A DNA stretch of 64,000 nucleotides from Sarea resinae (taxonomy: Eukaryota), in contig JAPEUD010000029.1 of the NCBI GenBank assembly GCA_026026165.1, positions 62,001 to 126,000 of the forward strand. Direction: 5' to 3'. The position numbers and the translations under genes were made by a program. Below, piece by piece: positions 38,089 to 51,646 of this stretch. A model generated the notes under the pieces. That model was not told the DNA's origin and did not search any database. It was given only the letters and a program-made list of their open reading frames with translations. The first letter of the stretch is position 1. The number at the start of each line of letters is the position of its first letter.

Positions 38089-41000
38089 TCACTCGGGCTC
38101 GACGGCTTCTTCGATCCGCTCAGGAATGCCTCCTCCGTACCCCTGTGAGGCATGGGCTTCCATGCGTGCCGTCTTCGCGGCGTGACTATTGGCGTTGGCC
38201 ATCTGGGGAGATCGCTTTTCGATCTGATTACCGCCACTTGAGCCGACCACCGCATTTGCGACGCCGTTGGGAGACACATTGACCGATGTTCCCCCCTGCT
38301 TGTCGCTGTGTTGCGATGAAGTCCGCGGCGACACGCGCCCGTTCTAAGACAAGTTAGAGCTGTGAATGGACGCGAACAGAAGAATCTTACCTGCTTAGCC
38401 CACCGCAGACCACAGCTGTTACAGAGATCACGATTGCCACTAGGGCCGCGTCTCCATTCAGGAGTGACCCGCGTGTGACAGTTTGCACAATCCTTTTGCA
38501 TATGTCCTGCACCTTTCCGCCTTTTCCTCTTCTTCTTCGACGCAAGCAGGCCCTGCAACTCTTCGGCCAAGAGCCGATTCCGCTTTTCCATCTGTCGCAA
38601 TTCGTATTGCCAGCTGGTACTACGAGTAGTCTTCAGCTCTTCAAACACATTGTCTTCGGACGCAAGAGCCTCGTCTTGCGAGCCAAGTGCCAAAGCGCTG
38701 CCACCAGCTGCAGTCCAAAGCTGGTCAACAACATGATTCGATGGCGAGCCGTTGGCAGAGTCCTGTCCTTGCAACTGGAGGTTGTTGGAAGAGGCACCCG
38801 AGTAAGCAGAAGGCGTCGAGTTTCCCGAGCCGTGGTCTCCCAACTTTGGATTTGTAGGCGGTGGCATCGATCGAGACAGCTTCAGTAATCTCGTCTGAGC
38901 GACCAAAAAAGTAGGCTTTTGACCTTCTGCCGCGTCGCCGGGATATACAGTCGTTTGAGCTCTCAGTACCTGGCCCCGCTTATTTTGCATCTCGTGTTTA
39001 AAGGACGCTTGCCTTCCAGTTCGAGCAAGCTCAAGTACCCGTCCAAATTCCTTTTTCGAATCGGACCTCATCAGCAGTTGAATGCTGGTTCCTACCAAGT
39101 CGTCCGCTTGCCGATCCAAAAGCGTTCGGACGTTTGAAGTCACAAACAACAGCATCCCAGACGTGGACATTTTGGCCCACATATCGTTCTCGGCGAATCC
39201 GCCAGCGCCGGAGATGTCTTTTCTGGAAAGCGCAAAGACTGGCCTCTCTCGGCCAACTAGAATGATGCACTTCCGACCCTTTCCTTGTTCTGTATGTAGA
39301 GAACCATGACTCTCGAACCACATGTAGCCGCTAAATTTCCGTCGGATGCGAAATACAACATTGACCGGCGACCCGCTTGACGTATCTTTTAATTCGCGAG
39401 TGACGGGAACAATATCACTGGGATGACAGACCGATGACAAGGCCGTCCCAACAAGCTCACTCGCGTCATATTCGAGGACCTTTCTACTTGAAGGCGACAG
39501 ATATAGAAAGAGGCCTTTGAGCGAGAGTACATGGACGACGTCATCGGTGTTCTCGAGCAGGACTTTGTCCCAGATGCGTCTCGATAGTTCGGATTCGCCA
39601 GAGCCGATTGTGCTCAGAACAGTGGAGACCTCATCTCGGCCGATTGTCTGTCCCATATCGGCCTGATTTGAATGATCCGGCGACTGGAAGACGTAGTTGG
39701 GTAGGTATCCTCGTTGATAGTTGATCGCGTATGACCCATCTTTATACCGTTAGGATTGGATTTGAAGCAGGTCGATCGGAAACTTACCGGGATTCTTGTT
39801 GGTAACAGAGTTGGGCTGCTCGACGAGGTCGACCTGGAAGCCTACATAGAACTTGATCTCGCCAGGATCCGACACCGAGATCGGGATCATTGTGAGTAGG
39901 TTCATGAATGGTTGACCGCCTTTCCGGTAATTGATCAGACTGATTTGAGCCTCCTTTCGCTGTGCTATCATATTCTTGAGATATAGAACGGAATCATCAT
40001 CAACGTACTTCCGCTTGATACCTGACTGGACCTTGCCGTCTGGTGCCTGCAAAAACCGGCAATTTCTTCCCAGGATCTCATGTTTTGAATAGCCGGTAAG
40101 GCGTTCGAATACTTCAGAGCAGTATATAATTGGAATGTCGTAGTGCGCGACGTCGCATACCACAAAGGCACATGACATGTCGACGGCACCAATGCTGATC
40201 TCAGGGTTTGGGCGTGTGGCGACTCGCATCTAGGCCAGGTCAGAATGGAAGGGATGGCTAGGTCATGAAGAAGTATTGGGTACGCACGAGGATGTTCATC
40301 ATATCAAAACCACTCGACGAATATGCGTTTTGAAACACATTTTGCGGATGGGAAGCGTCTACTCGGGAGGCCATGCCAGGAGGAAATGAACCTAAGTCAG
40401 GTAAGACTATGGACACAAGCATAAGATGGCAGAAGACAAAGCTCACGAGGCGTCTGAAAAGACAAAGCGCTGCTGTCGGCCGACGTTACCATGGCATCAT
40501 TCTCTTGATTTTTGATGATCGGAGAACCATCAGTATCTCCCATCTCGCCCCCGTGTAAGTCGAGCTGCATGCCTTGCATCTTGTTCGGTAATTGCGTATT
40601 TCGGAGTGCATCAGGGGCGTTCGAGGCATCGTTGGCCTCTAATAAGTCTGGAGGGCTGATCCTGGCAGTGCCTTGATCTTGAAACGTGTTGGAGACCGCA
40701 CCCAAGAAATTCTGATGCATTGGCGGTGCTGCCAGGGCTGACTGGAAGCTTTGCTGCGCGTACATGTCCATGTCCATGGGCGTGGCTTCTCCGCTTGGGA
40801 CCTGGTTCATTGGCCCAGATGTGAAGTCTAGATTCATAGGCATGCCGGCATTCGCATAGTTGCTGGACATGTCAAGGCTCAATGGTCCTTGCGTTTGCAT
40901 AGGCGACTGATATGCGGATGCGGGGGCGGACAACATGTCAAAGCCGGGGCCCATGGTTTGGAATGCGGTATTCAGTGCTAAGCCCCCCGTCGACTGACGT

Positions 41001-41386
41001 CTGTCTGGGTTGTCTGCGTGCGGGGCCGTCATATTAACCCCAACGGCATCTATGGAAGGCCCGGCAGTGGCGGTGCTGGGCTGAAATTGAAAGCGGTCGA
41101 GGTCCCCGCTGCTCCCCACGCCGAAGCCCATCATAGAGCCAGAACCTTTTCGCATATTTTCACCGTGCATCTCTGGCTCGTTCGGATATTGTGGTTGTAG
41201 GCTCTGCCGTCGCTGAAGCTCTTTGTTGTTCTGGCTGATCATCTCGTCTAACGACTGTCCCCCGATCATGGACGAGTCCATGAAATCTCCCCCCATCATC
41301 GACACCGTTCTGCGGCCATTCCTCTGCGCCTGCGCCAGGTGTTGCAGATCCTCCGCCGAATATTGCCGGCCGAAGAACCTGTTCAT
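38089..41386 (-). CDS. wc-1: White collar-1 blue-light photoreceptor/GATA transcription factor, 5 exons
   Basis: YSSSGFDM...|RVATRPNP...GAVDMSCAFVVCD, a LOV domain with GRNCRFLQ, two further PAS domains, NLS KKKRKRRK, and GATA finger CANCHTRVTPEWRRGPSGNRDLCNSCGLRWAK. The exact start is uncertain. Confidence 0.95.
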
Positions 41387-42406
41387 AGCCCCCGCGTGTG
41401 ATGTGTTCTTTCGACTCTCGCGGATGCCAACGGGATTGTCGATCTGATCAGGTCTAACAACGAGACGGTAGTCGATCTCCTGGCGGGCTCATTGCCGCCT
41501 CTCCTGTCTCGCACCACCACTCGACAACCACACGATGGCCCCGTCGCGACGAACAGGACTGGAGTCGGTCGTCGTGGTGAGGTGTGCGGTAGTGCCGCCG
41601 AGGTTGTGTAAATTCGTGAAAATTGAAGCCGGCCGAGCCGGAGAGGAGAATGCGATGTCGGAGGGGGACGAGGAAGTGCCCTAGATCGGGTCTGGAAAGT
41701 CACCACAGCTCCAGGCGCAGTGCGTCAACGAGTCCTGAGTCCGAGTGATGATGCTGGCACGGTTGCAGAGAGGTACGGCGAGCATGAGCGTTGCTGGTCA
41801 ATGCTCGTCACGTCGATGATATCGGGTCGTGGCGGGTCGAGAATCGGTCGAGGCAGACGAGGGTCGGAACAAAGACGAGCAAAGGGATCAGTGGACGATC
41901 AATGTGACGATCCAGGTGATGATCAATGGAGGGGCGATGTCGTGTGGGCTAATTGCTCGTTTGCTGGTGGCCGTGGAATCCGAGTCTGAGCCTGAGTCTC
42001 ACAAGGTTGGTAGAGTGGAGCAAGAAGGTGGTGGACATGGCGGTGGTGGCCGTGGTGGTGGTGGTGGTAGTGGTAGTGTCGGCCGTGGTGGTGTTGGTGT
42101 GTGGTTGTATCGCACATGGATATCGTGAAAGTCCCATGTGCGGGTTTGGGCGGCATCAAGCGACCAGCCCGGTACGAAGTGTGCGGTACTCGAAGTAGGG
42201 GGTACGAAGAATCGCCCTCACCGCTGCCACCGTGTGCGCTGGACTGGCTCAGTGGCAGGTACACTACCTCTTAGTGCGGTCAAGGAGCCTTGGCCGGCGT
42301 ACCTCCAAGTCTCCAAGTGCTGCAAGTCCCTTCGTCTCCACAAGGCCCCTGTGGTGCCCAGTGCTTTAGGCTCATCGTTCGCTCGCCCTCGACGGAAAAA
42401 CCGGGT

Positions 42407-42490
42407 AGATGTGCAGATGTGCAGATGTGCCACAGGCGAGCCACAGGCGAGCCACCGGCGAGCCACCGGCGAGCCACCGGCGAGCCACCG
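42407..42490. repeat. Compound minisatellite: (AGATGTGC)x3 then (GCCAC[A/C]GGCGA)x5.6
   Basis: Directly visible, about 1 kb upstream of the wc-1 ATG. Confidence 0.9.
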
Positions 42491-42818
42491 TCTGCCTGTG
42501 CCTGTCGGTCTGTTGGCTTCCAATCTGTCAGCAAGACCGCGCTCTGCCTCGAGCCCGCCCGTCGCCTGAGTCAGCATCCCACCGAGACCGAAGCACAAAA
42601 CCACAAAACCACAAAACCCCGAATATCGCCGGTAGCCAAGGTACCTTATTGCTACATGTATCTGTACTACTTTACTGCGGACACTGAGGTGAACCTCGTA
42701 GCAACACTCAGGTGGCTGGAGCCTGGGGAGTAAGACTGAAGATCCTCTTGGGTGTCTAGGTATGTATTCCCGTCTACCTCAGCTAACGCCCTCTATCGGA
42801 ATATGCATCTATCTGCAT

Positions 42819-44638
42819 CTACATGGCCTTTCCGGACCCCGCCTGCCCAATCTCCTCGACCGCCTTCAGCAACCCATCGACCGTCCCTTTTCGCGTCTGT
42901 GTGTTCAACACCGCCCGGAAGAAGCTGCCCCTCTCTCCCGGCGCGTAATCGATCATGAACCCACGCGGGATGAGCTGGTGCACGATCTCGCGCGTGGCTT
43001 GCGTGTTCTCCTCGGCCGTTGCTCGCAACTGTCCAGCGGCAGCGTAGTAAAAGCAGACCTGCAGACACGGCGGAGGATTCTCCGACACGAGCACAAGATT
43101 CGACGACCGAGAGATGCGCTCGGCCATGTAGCTGGCCATGTCAAAGGCGTGGTCGATCTGTTCTTCGTACCCTTGCTTCCCGTAATATATCCAGCCGAGC
43201 GCGAGCTTGAGAGCATCGCCCTTTCGGCCACACTGGAGCGTCATATCGGCAAGATCCCAGACTTCTTCCGAGTCGACGCTGTCGTCATGGAAGAGACTGA
43301 GTGGGTGTGTTAGCTTGAGTTGAAGGTGGTGGGGCGGAAGAGGCTTACTATCCAGCTCTCAGAGTGTTAGCTTTGTGAAATTTCCTAAGATCGCTGCCGA
43401 GCAAGAGTGAACAGGTCACGGGCGCTCCCAGCATCTTGTGTGGATTGATCGCAAGACTGTTTGCCCTCTCAACACCCCGTAGTCTCCAATTCTGCTTATC
43501 GGAGAGGACCACTGATCCACCCCAAGAGCCGTCGACGTGCATCCACAATCCAAACTTTCCGCAAATGTCGGCAATCTGCTCGAAAGGGTCGAACGATCCG
43601 AGCACGGTCGTTCCCGCAGTGGCATTCACGTAGAACGGCGTACAGCCCTCGTCTTTGGCTTTCTGGACCAATCTCTCCAGCTCCTGGGGTATCATGCGTC
43701 CTCGCTCGTCGATTGGAACAGACCAGACGTTGTTGCTTCCGAATCCACACATCTGAGCGGCCTTTTCCGCGCTGTAATGACCATGCTGACTCGTGAATAG
43801 GACAAATCTCTTATTGCCATTTCCTTCGATTTTACATTCGGGGAAGAGATAATTACGGGCAATGACGATGGACGTTGTGTTTGAGGCCGATCCGCCTTGT
43901 TGAGCGATTCCACCAGCATGCGGTCCGTTGAAGCCGAAAAGTGACGCAAGGGTCTTCGCAGTCGTCTTCTCGATGATAGTCAAGGCCGGTGAGACTTGGT
44001 ACACGTGCAACTACGCAACATCAACTATGGTCCGCTTCAACTGATGTCATGATGGGTTACATTTGTGTTTAACACGGCCAAAATCAATTCCGAGGCTACT
44101 CCAACCTGATCTTCATTTAGTACAGAAGGAATCGATTGGTTTTTGATTTCACTACATACAGCATTCGTAGAAGCATAGAGCTTGTCCAAAAAGCCTTGAT
44201 CCCACGTATTGACCGAATAGCGCAATATTCGCTGCAGGACCTCTAACAGTCCACCCTGTCCTTGGCCAGCCAACGGAAGATGGAAGTCTAAGAGAGACAA
44301 GAGTTTCTCGGGAGGATGCGATTCCACTAAAGCAGTCCGCGGCTTCTCGCCATTAATAGTGAGTCCGTGACCTGTATACTTTATATCCGCCTCGTCATCT
44401 GCGGAGCGTATGAAGGGAATCAGGAGCTCCTCCACGGCTTTGAGCAACTGTCGTCATAATGAATCAGCCCCAGCGGGTGCAAGTGTATGCATGCATGCCA
44501 TGGATGGGTTTTCAAAGCCGCGCCTCCATATTTTGCAAATCGCAAGCTGCTCACCTGCGAAACTTCATCTGCTCGACTGGCGCATGGCTGATTCCCATTA
44601 GCCGGCCCACCCGAGAGCTCAGAGTCTCCAGCAGCCAT
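42819..44638 (-). CDS. Group II PLP-dependent decarboxylase (GAD/CSAD-like), 5 exons
   Basis: YSVNTWDQGFLDKLY, HVYQVSPALT, GGSASN, HYSAEKAA, ATAGTTVLGSFD, WMHVDGSWGG, PLP-lysine motif NPHK and TLQCGRKGD. Confidence 0.9.
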
Positions 44639-44839
44639 TCTTGGCCAGGAAACGTGAATGGCGATGGCACACAGACCAAGCAGAGTGGAGGTGTAGTAAA
44701 GGCAAAAGCAAATTGCATTGATTGTTGTCGTCACACTTCTCGAGAAAATTCGGATTGTCGTAACTCAAGGTTATTAATGGCGACATCGGTCGTATCGATT
44801 TTCCGTGTGCCGACGCCACTAAATCTCTAGCTCCCTCCG

Positions 44840-47013
44840 CTATACTTGCTCTACGCTCTTCACCCGAGCCGTCACCGGCACACTGTTCGCATCTCTTGCA
44901 TGCGATCCCTTGGATTTATTCAACTTTTCCTTCTTCGCTTTTGCTATCGCAAACTTCTCTCTAGCAAGTGCTATCCCAGACTTCGCTGGCTCTTTCGTCG
45001 TGGGCGAATTGGTGGCTTCACCATCGGTCGCTTTTCCTTTAGCGAGCCATTCGAACTTTCTCCGCTTATAGAGGTCCATCATCCAATTGCGCCAGATTGC
45101 TCGGCCGATATAGAGATCGCGTAGAAGAGTCTCATTATCTTTCAGCTCCTCTGCAATTCGCTCTCGGATGAATAGTAACCCTTGAGTTGCAGTCCAGAGA
45201 GCGTCGACGAGATGGGAGCCTGATGGGTTGATCGCCAGCTCACCAATGAGCCCATAGAAAGACGGGATCATCTTGCGCCGAAAGGCCGGGGTAGACGTAG
45301 TCGAAGTGAGCGAGATCTGGAGGATATGGGAAGATATGGGGTCTTTTGCCATCTGTAATAGTGCTGGTCGTGGAAGCGCAAGCAGTTCGTCAAAGACGAG
45401 GCCGCTCAAGGGCCCGGCTACAGTCAACATCGACTGAACAAGAAGAGACCCATGTAATCGTTGACCATCCGGTTTTGGTGCTGCGATGGCCGATTGATCG
45501 TCACTCTTGTGCTCCGCCTCGTAAAGCTTAAGCGTCTTCAGTAGGCCATTCTCCGCATCGTGACCGTACGCATCGGCGAAAGCTTCTTCAATAGAAGTGA
45601 TGTCGGCCCCTCTGGCAGCACACCGCTCAATCAGCGTCTTGACCACAGCTGTTCTTGAGAGTTCTAGGAGGACAGGTATTTTCGGAGATAGAAGAATATT
45701 AGCCTGCTCGAGGTCCTCTTTACTCAATCGCTCCAAGGCTCTGATAGCAGCAAATCCAGCTACTTCATTCCTAGCGAGGGTTCCCAACCGCTCCTTCAAG
45801 AACGTTCTGTATAGCGCTTTGAATGTTTTGCCGGGCGCATATTTGATGATGGTCTCCAACAGACGCGAACCGATAGGGTCGTACAGAAGTCCATTGATGA
45901 AAGAGGCACTCTCCGTATTTTCCTCAGACAAGTCATCCGGGAGAAGCTTTCGCATTATCGAATTCTCGGCTTTAGCTTTGGCTTTGCCATGCCGAGATAG
46001 TTCAAGCTCAAGAAGTAGTTGTAAAACTGGATTTCCGGTGGGATGCGTAGCCAAAGCTCGCAAGTAAGTAGTATCGAGTCCGGAGACGGTCTCGGTGATC
46101 ATTTTATCGACGGCAATTTGAAAAGAGTCAGGAACAGTACGTTTATCAAGACTGAGCTCGGCCGGCTTGTTGTCCATCCCAGTGATCGCGATCTTTTCCT
46201 TTTTCTTGCTCTGTAAAAGCGACGTGGTTGAAGACTTGGCTAAAGGCTGTCCTGACAGAACCACCAACAAGACGCGAAGAGTATGCGAAGCAAATCGATC
46301 AGTCATGAGATAACCTAGATTGCCTTCTAGCTCGTTCAATGTGTACAGAAATAGATTTTCCATGGTGACGTAAACGTCGCCGCCGGTCGACTTTTGCTCA
46401 TCTTCCTCAAGAGGCGCCGTCAATTCCTTTGTGACTATCGGCGCCGATTGTACGAAGAGAGTTTCGCAGCAATGCGAAGCAAATCGATGCTGCACGAGAT
46501 GCAAAAACCTATCGCAGGGTCAGTAGGGAGCCGCAAATATTGGGCTGACGCAACTTACTGGCCGCTGAATTTCTCAAACAAGTTTTTCAGCTGCTTGGGT
46601 GTAGATAGCATGATCAAACGCTCCATGAGCCTGGAGCACGATTGGCTATTTGCAACCTTGAGCTCCTTGCCCTCTACCTCGCGGTAGACGTTTTCGAGGA
46701 ATAAGACGCGCTCTTCCGGAGTAGTGAACTGATTCAGCTCGAGCATCTCATCCGCTCGGCGGAAGTATTCCTGCTCATGCTCATCTAGCAAGCCATAGAA
46801 GGGCATGGCGCCCAAAGGATTCGTCGCTTCTTCGTCTCCTTCTCCTTCCTCTTCCAATCGGTGAGGTCGTACGTGCGTTTCGACATCAGGCTGCGGATCG
46901 GGCTCGAGCTGGGGCTCGGGCTTCTGCTTCTTGGCTGAAGCGGTCTCTTCCTCATCCGCTCTCTTTCTCTTCTTCTCCTCCCTCCTACCGCGCTTCTTGT
47001 TTTCCTTGGGCAT
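44840..47013 (-). CDS. NOP9: Nucleolar protein 9 (Pumilio-like repeat 18S maturation factor), 2 exons
   Basis: [17 protein letters not shown]...[45 protein letters not shown] and GSRLLE. Confidence 0.95.
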
Positions 47014-47290
47014 GACAGATAGAGGTATCGCAGCGCTGTGGAGATGTGGGAGATGGGCTGGCCGCCTTGCATTTTCTGCCGTCCACTTGCAATTTACTCG
47101 AGGGTCTCGATCTCGCTAAACTTTTTACCGGGCGCTAAGCCTGGTGTTTTCTGCCGGACGAAGGACGAAAATCAACGCCCAATATCTCCGACCTCTTCGA
47201 TATCCTCATATCTTTTCATCTTCCCCAAATCACCCGCACATTTGCCTACGATAGCCATCATATCGTTCATATCACTCCCGCGTCGCAAAG

Positions 47291-48170
47291 ATGGCTGCAG
47301 TAGACGCACCGCAGCAGTCCCCTTTCGTCAAGCAGCTGGCCGCAAATGGTACGAGATCGCCCTTCTCTTCGCCTGCTACTTCTTACATGTTTGAATGCCC
47401 AAATTAACGCCCGCACGTATTCTAGATCGCCAGACTCGTGACAAAGCAGTATCTAGTCTGCGGACTTATCTCAGTGGCAAGAAGCATTTTGGGGAGATGG
47501 AACTACTGAAGTTATGGAAGGGTCTGTTCTTCTGCATGTGGATGAGCGATCGACCACGCACACAACAGAGACTCGCCATCGATCTCGCCGGCCTGGTAGA
47601 GGTATTGCCCGAGGAAACCGCCTTGTCATTTTTAGAGGCGTTTTGGAAGACTATGGCGAGGGAGTGGAATGGGATTGACGTGCTTCGGTGAGAATATCCC
47701 TTGTCAAGCGCTTCGCCAGTCCAACAGGCTGACTGAAAGCGCCTACGAGCAGCATGGATAAATTTCTCCTCCTCGTCCGAACCTACCTCAACGCGTCATT
47801 TCGATATCTCCAGCGTCGGGGATGGGCGGATGTCAAGACGATAGAAGCTTACACAACGATACTATCCTCAACACCGCTGAACCCCACGGACGGCAAAATA
47901 CCCAACGGACTCCGATATCATGTTATCGACATCTACGTTGACGAGCTCGATAAGGTGGACCGGCCGAGAAGCGGCGACATGCCTCTGGAGAGATTGCTGG
48001 AGCCATTGCGAAAGCTGGAGAAAGAGAGCGCAACCAAGGCCGTTAGGCAGAGGACACGCGAGACCCTGACGGATGACCGTTTAGCGGACTGGACCAAGGA
48101 AGAGGAAGACCCGGTCGAGGAAGATACCGAGGAAGATAAAAACAAAGAGTGGGGTGGCTTCGATGGATGA
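47291..48170 (+). CDS. RRP1: rRNA processing protein Rrp1/Nop52, 3 exons
   Basis: SPFVKQLAAN|DRQTRDKA...LLKLWKGLFFCMWMSDRPRTQQRLA...REWNGIDVLR|MDKFLLLVR...GLRYHVIDIYVDEL. Confidence 0.95.
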
Positions 48171-50835
48171 CCATGTCCATACCTTCAGCTTGGCTTCGAA
48201 CGCATCGGCCCTTGTCTCCATCCATCTGGCACGTTCAATGAGATTTCCCGTACCTTGTGATGATTATGCAGCATGCTACACACCTAGCGCCTCAAGGAAC
48301 TCTTTGCTGAGGGATGTGAGCGGATATGCATCTTCTCATTTGGGCCATGGCTTGGGTATCGGCATTAATGGACGTTGGCTTCCGCGCTGTTGTCAATTTC
48401 TTGGTCCCTACAGCTCAACGAGAGCATGCACCGCCTCTTCTCATGCTTCGAAGAACGATCCTCCAATCTGGCGACCATTGTGCCTACGAGCTGATTGAGG
48501 AAGAGCTCCAAAGCAGCTCATCTCCATTGTCCGCCTTTGAAGCTGACAGATCGATTTGTCTGTGTCTTGCATGGTTCTTAGCTTGACATTTATCTCCAAT
48601 GGAAACAGATGCGTTAGGTGAGAGCTGTCACACGCTATCGTTGGTTTATACTCGGCCAACCCTTTAGCTCATCAATTAAAGGTCTCCCTTTACTATTGCC
48701 AGACAGCTGCAGATGAATCTGACCTCGCTTTCCATCTCATTTTCTCAAATAATTCATCGCTGACGGCCTCCTGTCAAGCTTATCCCGGCTTTCAACTGTC
48801 ATTGGGGGGGGTTTAGCAGGGATTTTCGGGGACGTGTAGTAAGAGTTGGACAATCGATTCAGTGCACCAGGGCAATCATGTCTGACTAGAATTTGCTAGG
48901 CTATCGCCACCACTGTGGCGATACTGCCGACACTGCCATGACATATTCAAATTAAGAACATGTCCAATGATGGAAATACGTCGCCAGAGCTCTGTTCTAT
49001 GACCTCGGGATATATTACCTTCAGATTGCAGCCAATTCGACATTCCAGCCAATTCGAAAGCTCAATCACTCGGGTTCGAGTTGCCGGAGATCTTCATGAA
49101 TTGAATTGGTTCACAAAAGCGCAACTGGGCCTAGTATGCTTGCATAACGCGCCGTTCTGTATGCTTCCCTCATGGTGCCCCGGCACTGTGTCTGCATATA
49201 TGAAAATCGAAAGGCAGTTTACATGCTAGAGGACGGCCGGCTTAGGGTCTGGGCGATCCTCGATAAGGCATAAAGTGAAATTGACGAGGCTGGCTTAACC
49301 GGATAGGATGTTCTGCTCCTCGTTTGGCAGGTATGCGCTCTGCATTCCAAGTCATGCAAGGGGGCGTCGCTCCGAGCAGCCCAACGGCGTTCCGAGCCTT
49401 GGTATTGGGGGAAATGGTGTTTGCGAAACTCTATTGCGCGTCCAGATAGCAAATTCATCCGCCTACTCATCCACCTACTCAGCCCATCCACTCCCCTGGG
49501 TCAAGATAGTGGTCATCGGTCCTACTCAACGAATGCTCATTCGGCCAGAGAATTACGATTGAGCTCAAGCCGTCAAACAAGATGTCCAGCGACACTGGTA
49601 ACGACCGGCAATCATCGATCTTGTTCTGTCTGTGTACGTTCAGTGGGGCAAGCAGCCCGTGCGATGTTGAAAAGAGTTTGGTTTCGAAACCAAGCAGGTA
49701 GATGTACCCGAGGAGACCAGGATGCATTGAGGTGCATCATGCTAAATGCTTTCATCGCCAATATTTGAAGCTGAATCGTTGAAACTCAACTGGCAGTGCA
49801 TATCGTCATCCTGATAACGTTGAGAGGAAGTCAACGGGACCAACGGCAGTCCAGCAGTCCTGTGGCTAAGCTTGATACCACACCCCACGAACTTATCTTT
49901 GGCCCCTCCATCAGACGTCCGACCAATGCAGGCCAGTGACCGATTAGATCAGAGCTTTGAGGTGTCTCGAAGTTTCTCTGTTAGGTTGTCAGTCGTTCTG
50001 ACAGAAAGTCCTCTCTGGCAGATCTTACACACGAGGCCTCTAAGAGAAATGAAAACCAATTCGGCCAAACCCTTTCGGAAGCAAGATGAGGAGAAGATAG
50101 AGAAACAGCGGATCAAGCCCCGCAAAGAGAGAGAATATTGCATCCCCAACGCGGAATACGTGAACAGTCGATATTCCCTCGCCCATAGACTACAAGCGGT
50201 GCTGTACAATGCCAACCATCGGATCGAGATTGTCTATCTCTGGTATTTGGCGGAAAGGATGCATATGGCTAGAGGTCTCGGGAGTTGCAACTTTACGCGG
50301 ACGTACCTCTGCCATATCTCGTCTCCTTTGGAATGAACGCAACCTTCCCGCAATAAGATTTCAAAGTCTCTCTACAGGCATACCCTGACAACGTCGAATG
50401 TTTGAAGACCGCTTGATTGGCGCACCCTGCGATCAGACTAACTCGTTCCCGCCATCAGCCATATCCGCAGGGCTCGGACCGCTTTCGAGTCAAGAAGTCG
50501 CCAACCACAGTCCCGTTTCCGGGCACATAGGTAGGCCATGGTTAAATCATGGCAGTTCCAGGACGATACCCCGCGAGGGATCTCATCTGATGAAAATGGT
50601 ATTACGTTTCTCGATCCGGCAGAAGATCTGCCTACGGCCCTTCCTCCCGCATGCAGGTCAAGCTTTCCAGTTTCCCCACAGGTTTCCCAAAAGTCCTAGG
50701 CCTGCAGGCGGTGAGCCAATCAGGCTACAGCAAGGCCGACTGGCTTGCATCCTCGATCGAAGTATATAATTCCCCTGCATCATCCGACATGCAGATCTGC
50801 AGGATTGCCGGGAAGTCTTTCAGTTGCCGCGCGCC

Positions 50836-51646
50836 ATGGATTACTACACATTTAACACATATCCTTACTTGTCGATCCCAGCGACGTATCCTTCGTCCGT
50901 GGATACGGCTACTGACGCAAGCCCGCCGTACGGTCATGTCTATCCTTTTGCGCTGACTGGCCAGGCTTTCGCCGCCCTGCCACAGCAGTACTACACTCTC
51001 CCCTCACCGGGGGAGATGTCTTGGCCACCATCGAGTGACCAACTGCCCGTTGAGGCTGCACCTCTGTTGGAAGAGTCCACTCCCGACCACTCCAGAGTAT
51101 GTTTTCTATCTACACCTCACTGGGAGAGACAGGTGGACATGTCTAACCAGTCCGCGTGTTTAGGCCTTCGCGCCAGCATTGACGCTGGTCAATACACCCC
51201 CGCTCAAGCGCGCCCGCCGCAGCTATCAGGACATTGACCGGATCTATGTCTGCGGCTACAAAGGCTGCGAGAAGAGCTACGGCGACTTGAGCCATCTGAA
51301 CACGCATGTCAAGAATGTCCGCCATGGCGAAAAGCGTCGTCCAGAAGGTACACAGCTTTTCCTATTCGTCCTATTCTCCCCCTCTGCCTCTAATTGCTTT
51401 CGCCTTTCTATCCTCCACCACTCTGACATCAAATCCAACACAGAATTCAAAGCCCTCCGCGAAGAGCGCAAATTGCGCCAACGACAACAGCGCGAGGCAC
51501 ATGAGCGCCTGAACGCCGAGACCGTCTCTGCGGCGGCGGCGGCCAGGAATCTGGCTGCGTATTCTGCGTCGTCGCCGTCGGATATGTCGACGTCGGTGGG
51601 GAGCAAGCGCACGCTTAGCGAGTCGTCTGGGTGGTCGAGTCTTTGA
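50836..51646 (+). CDS. Small single-C2H2 zinc finger protein, 3 exons (introns about 51097-51163 and 51348-51443)
   Basis: KRARRSYQDIDRIYVCGYKGCEKSYGDLSHLNTHVKNVRHGEKRRPE|EFKALREERK resembles a conserved fungal C2H2 family. The splice signals keep the frame; the start exon is less certain. Confidence 0.75.

Noticed and set aside
42407..42490. CRISPR-like interpretation of the tandem repeats
   Set aside because: The units are contiguous with no spacers, the context is eukaryotic and there are no cas genes.
28266..44638. Argonaute + Ras-like + wc-1 + decarboxylase as a functional cluster (light-regulated silencing)
   Set aside because: Adjacency is the only evidence; I see no shared motif, and synteny or co-expression data would be needed.
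44639..44734. Hydrophobic upstream in-frame extension of the decarboxylase
   Set aside because: It starts at a non-ATG codon; the ATG at 44638 gives a normal N-terminus.
48200..50830. 2.6-kb region with several ORFs of 70-154 aa
   Set aside because: No recognisable domain, transposon motif or coherent exon chain; a highly diverged gene or relic cannot be excluded without a search.
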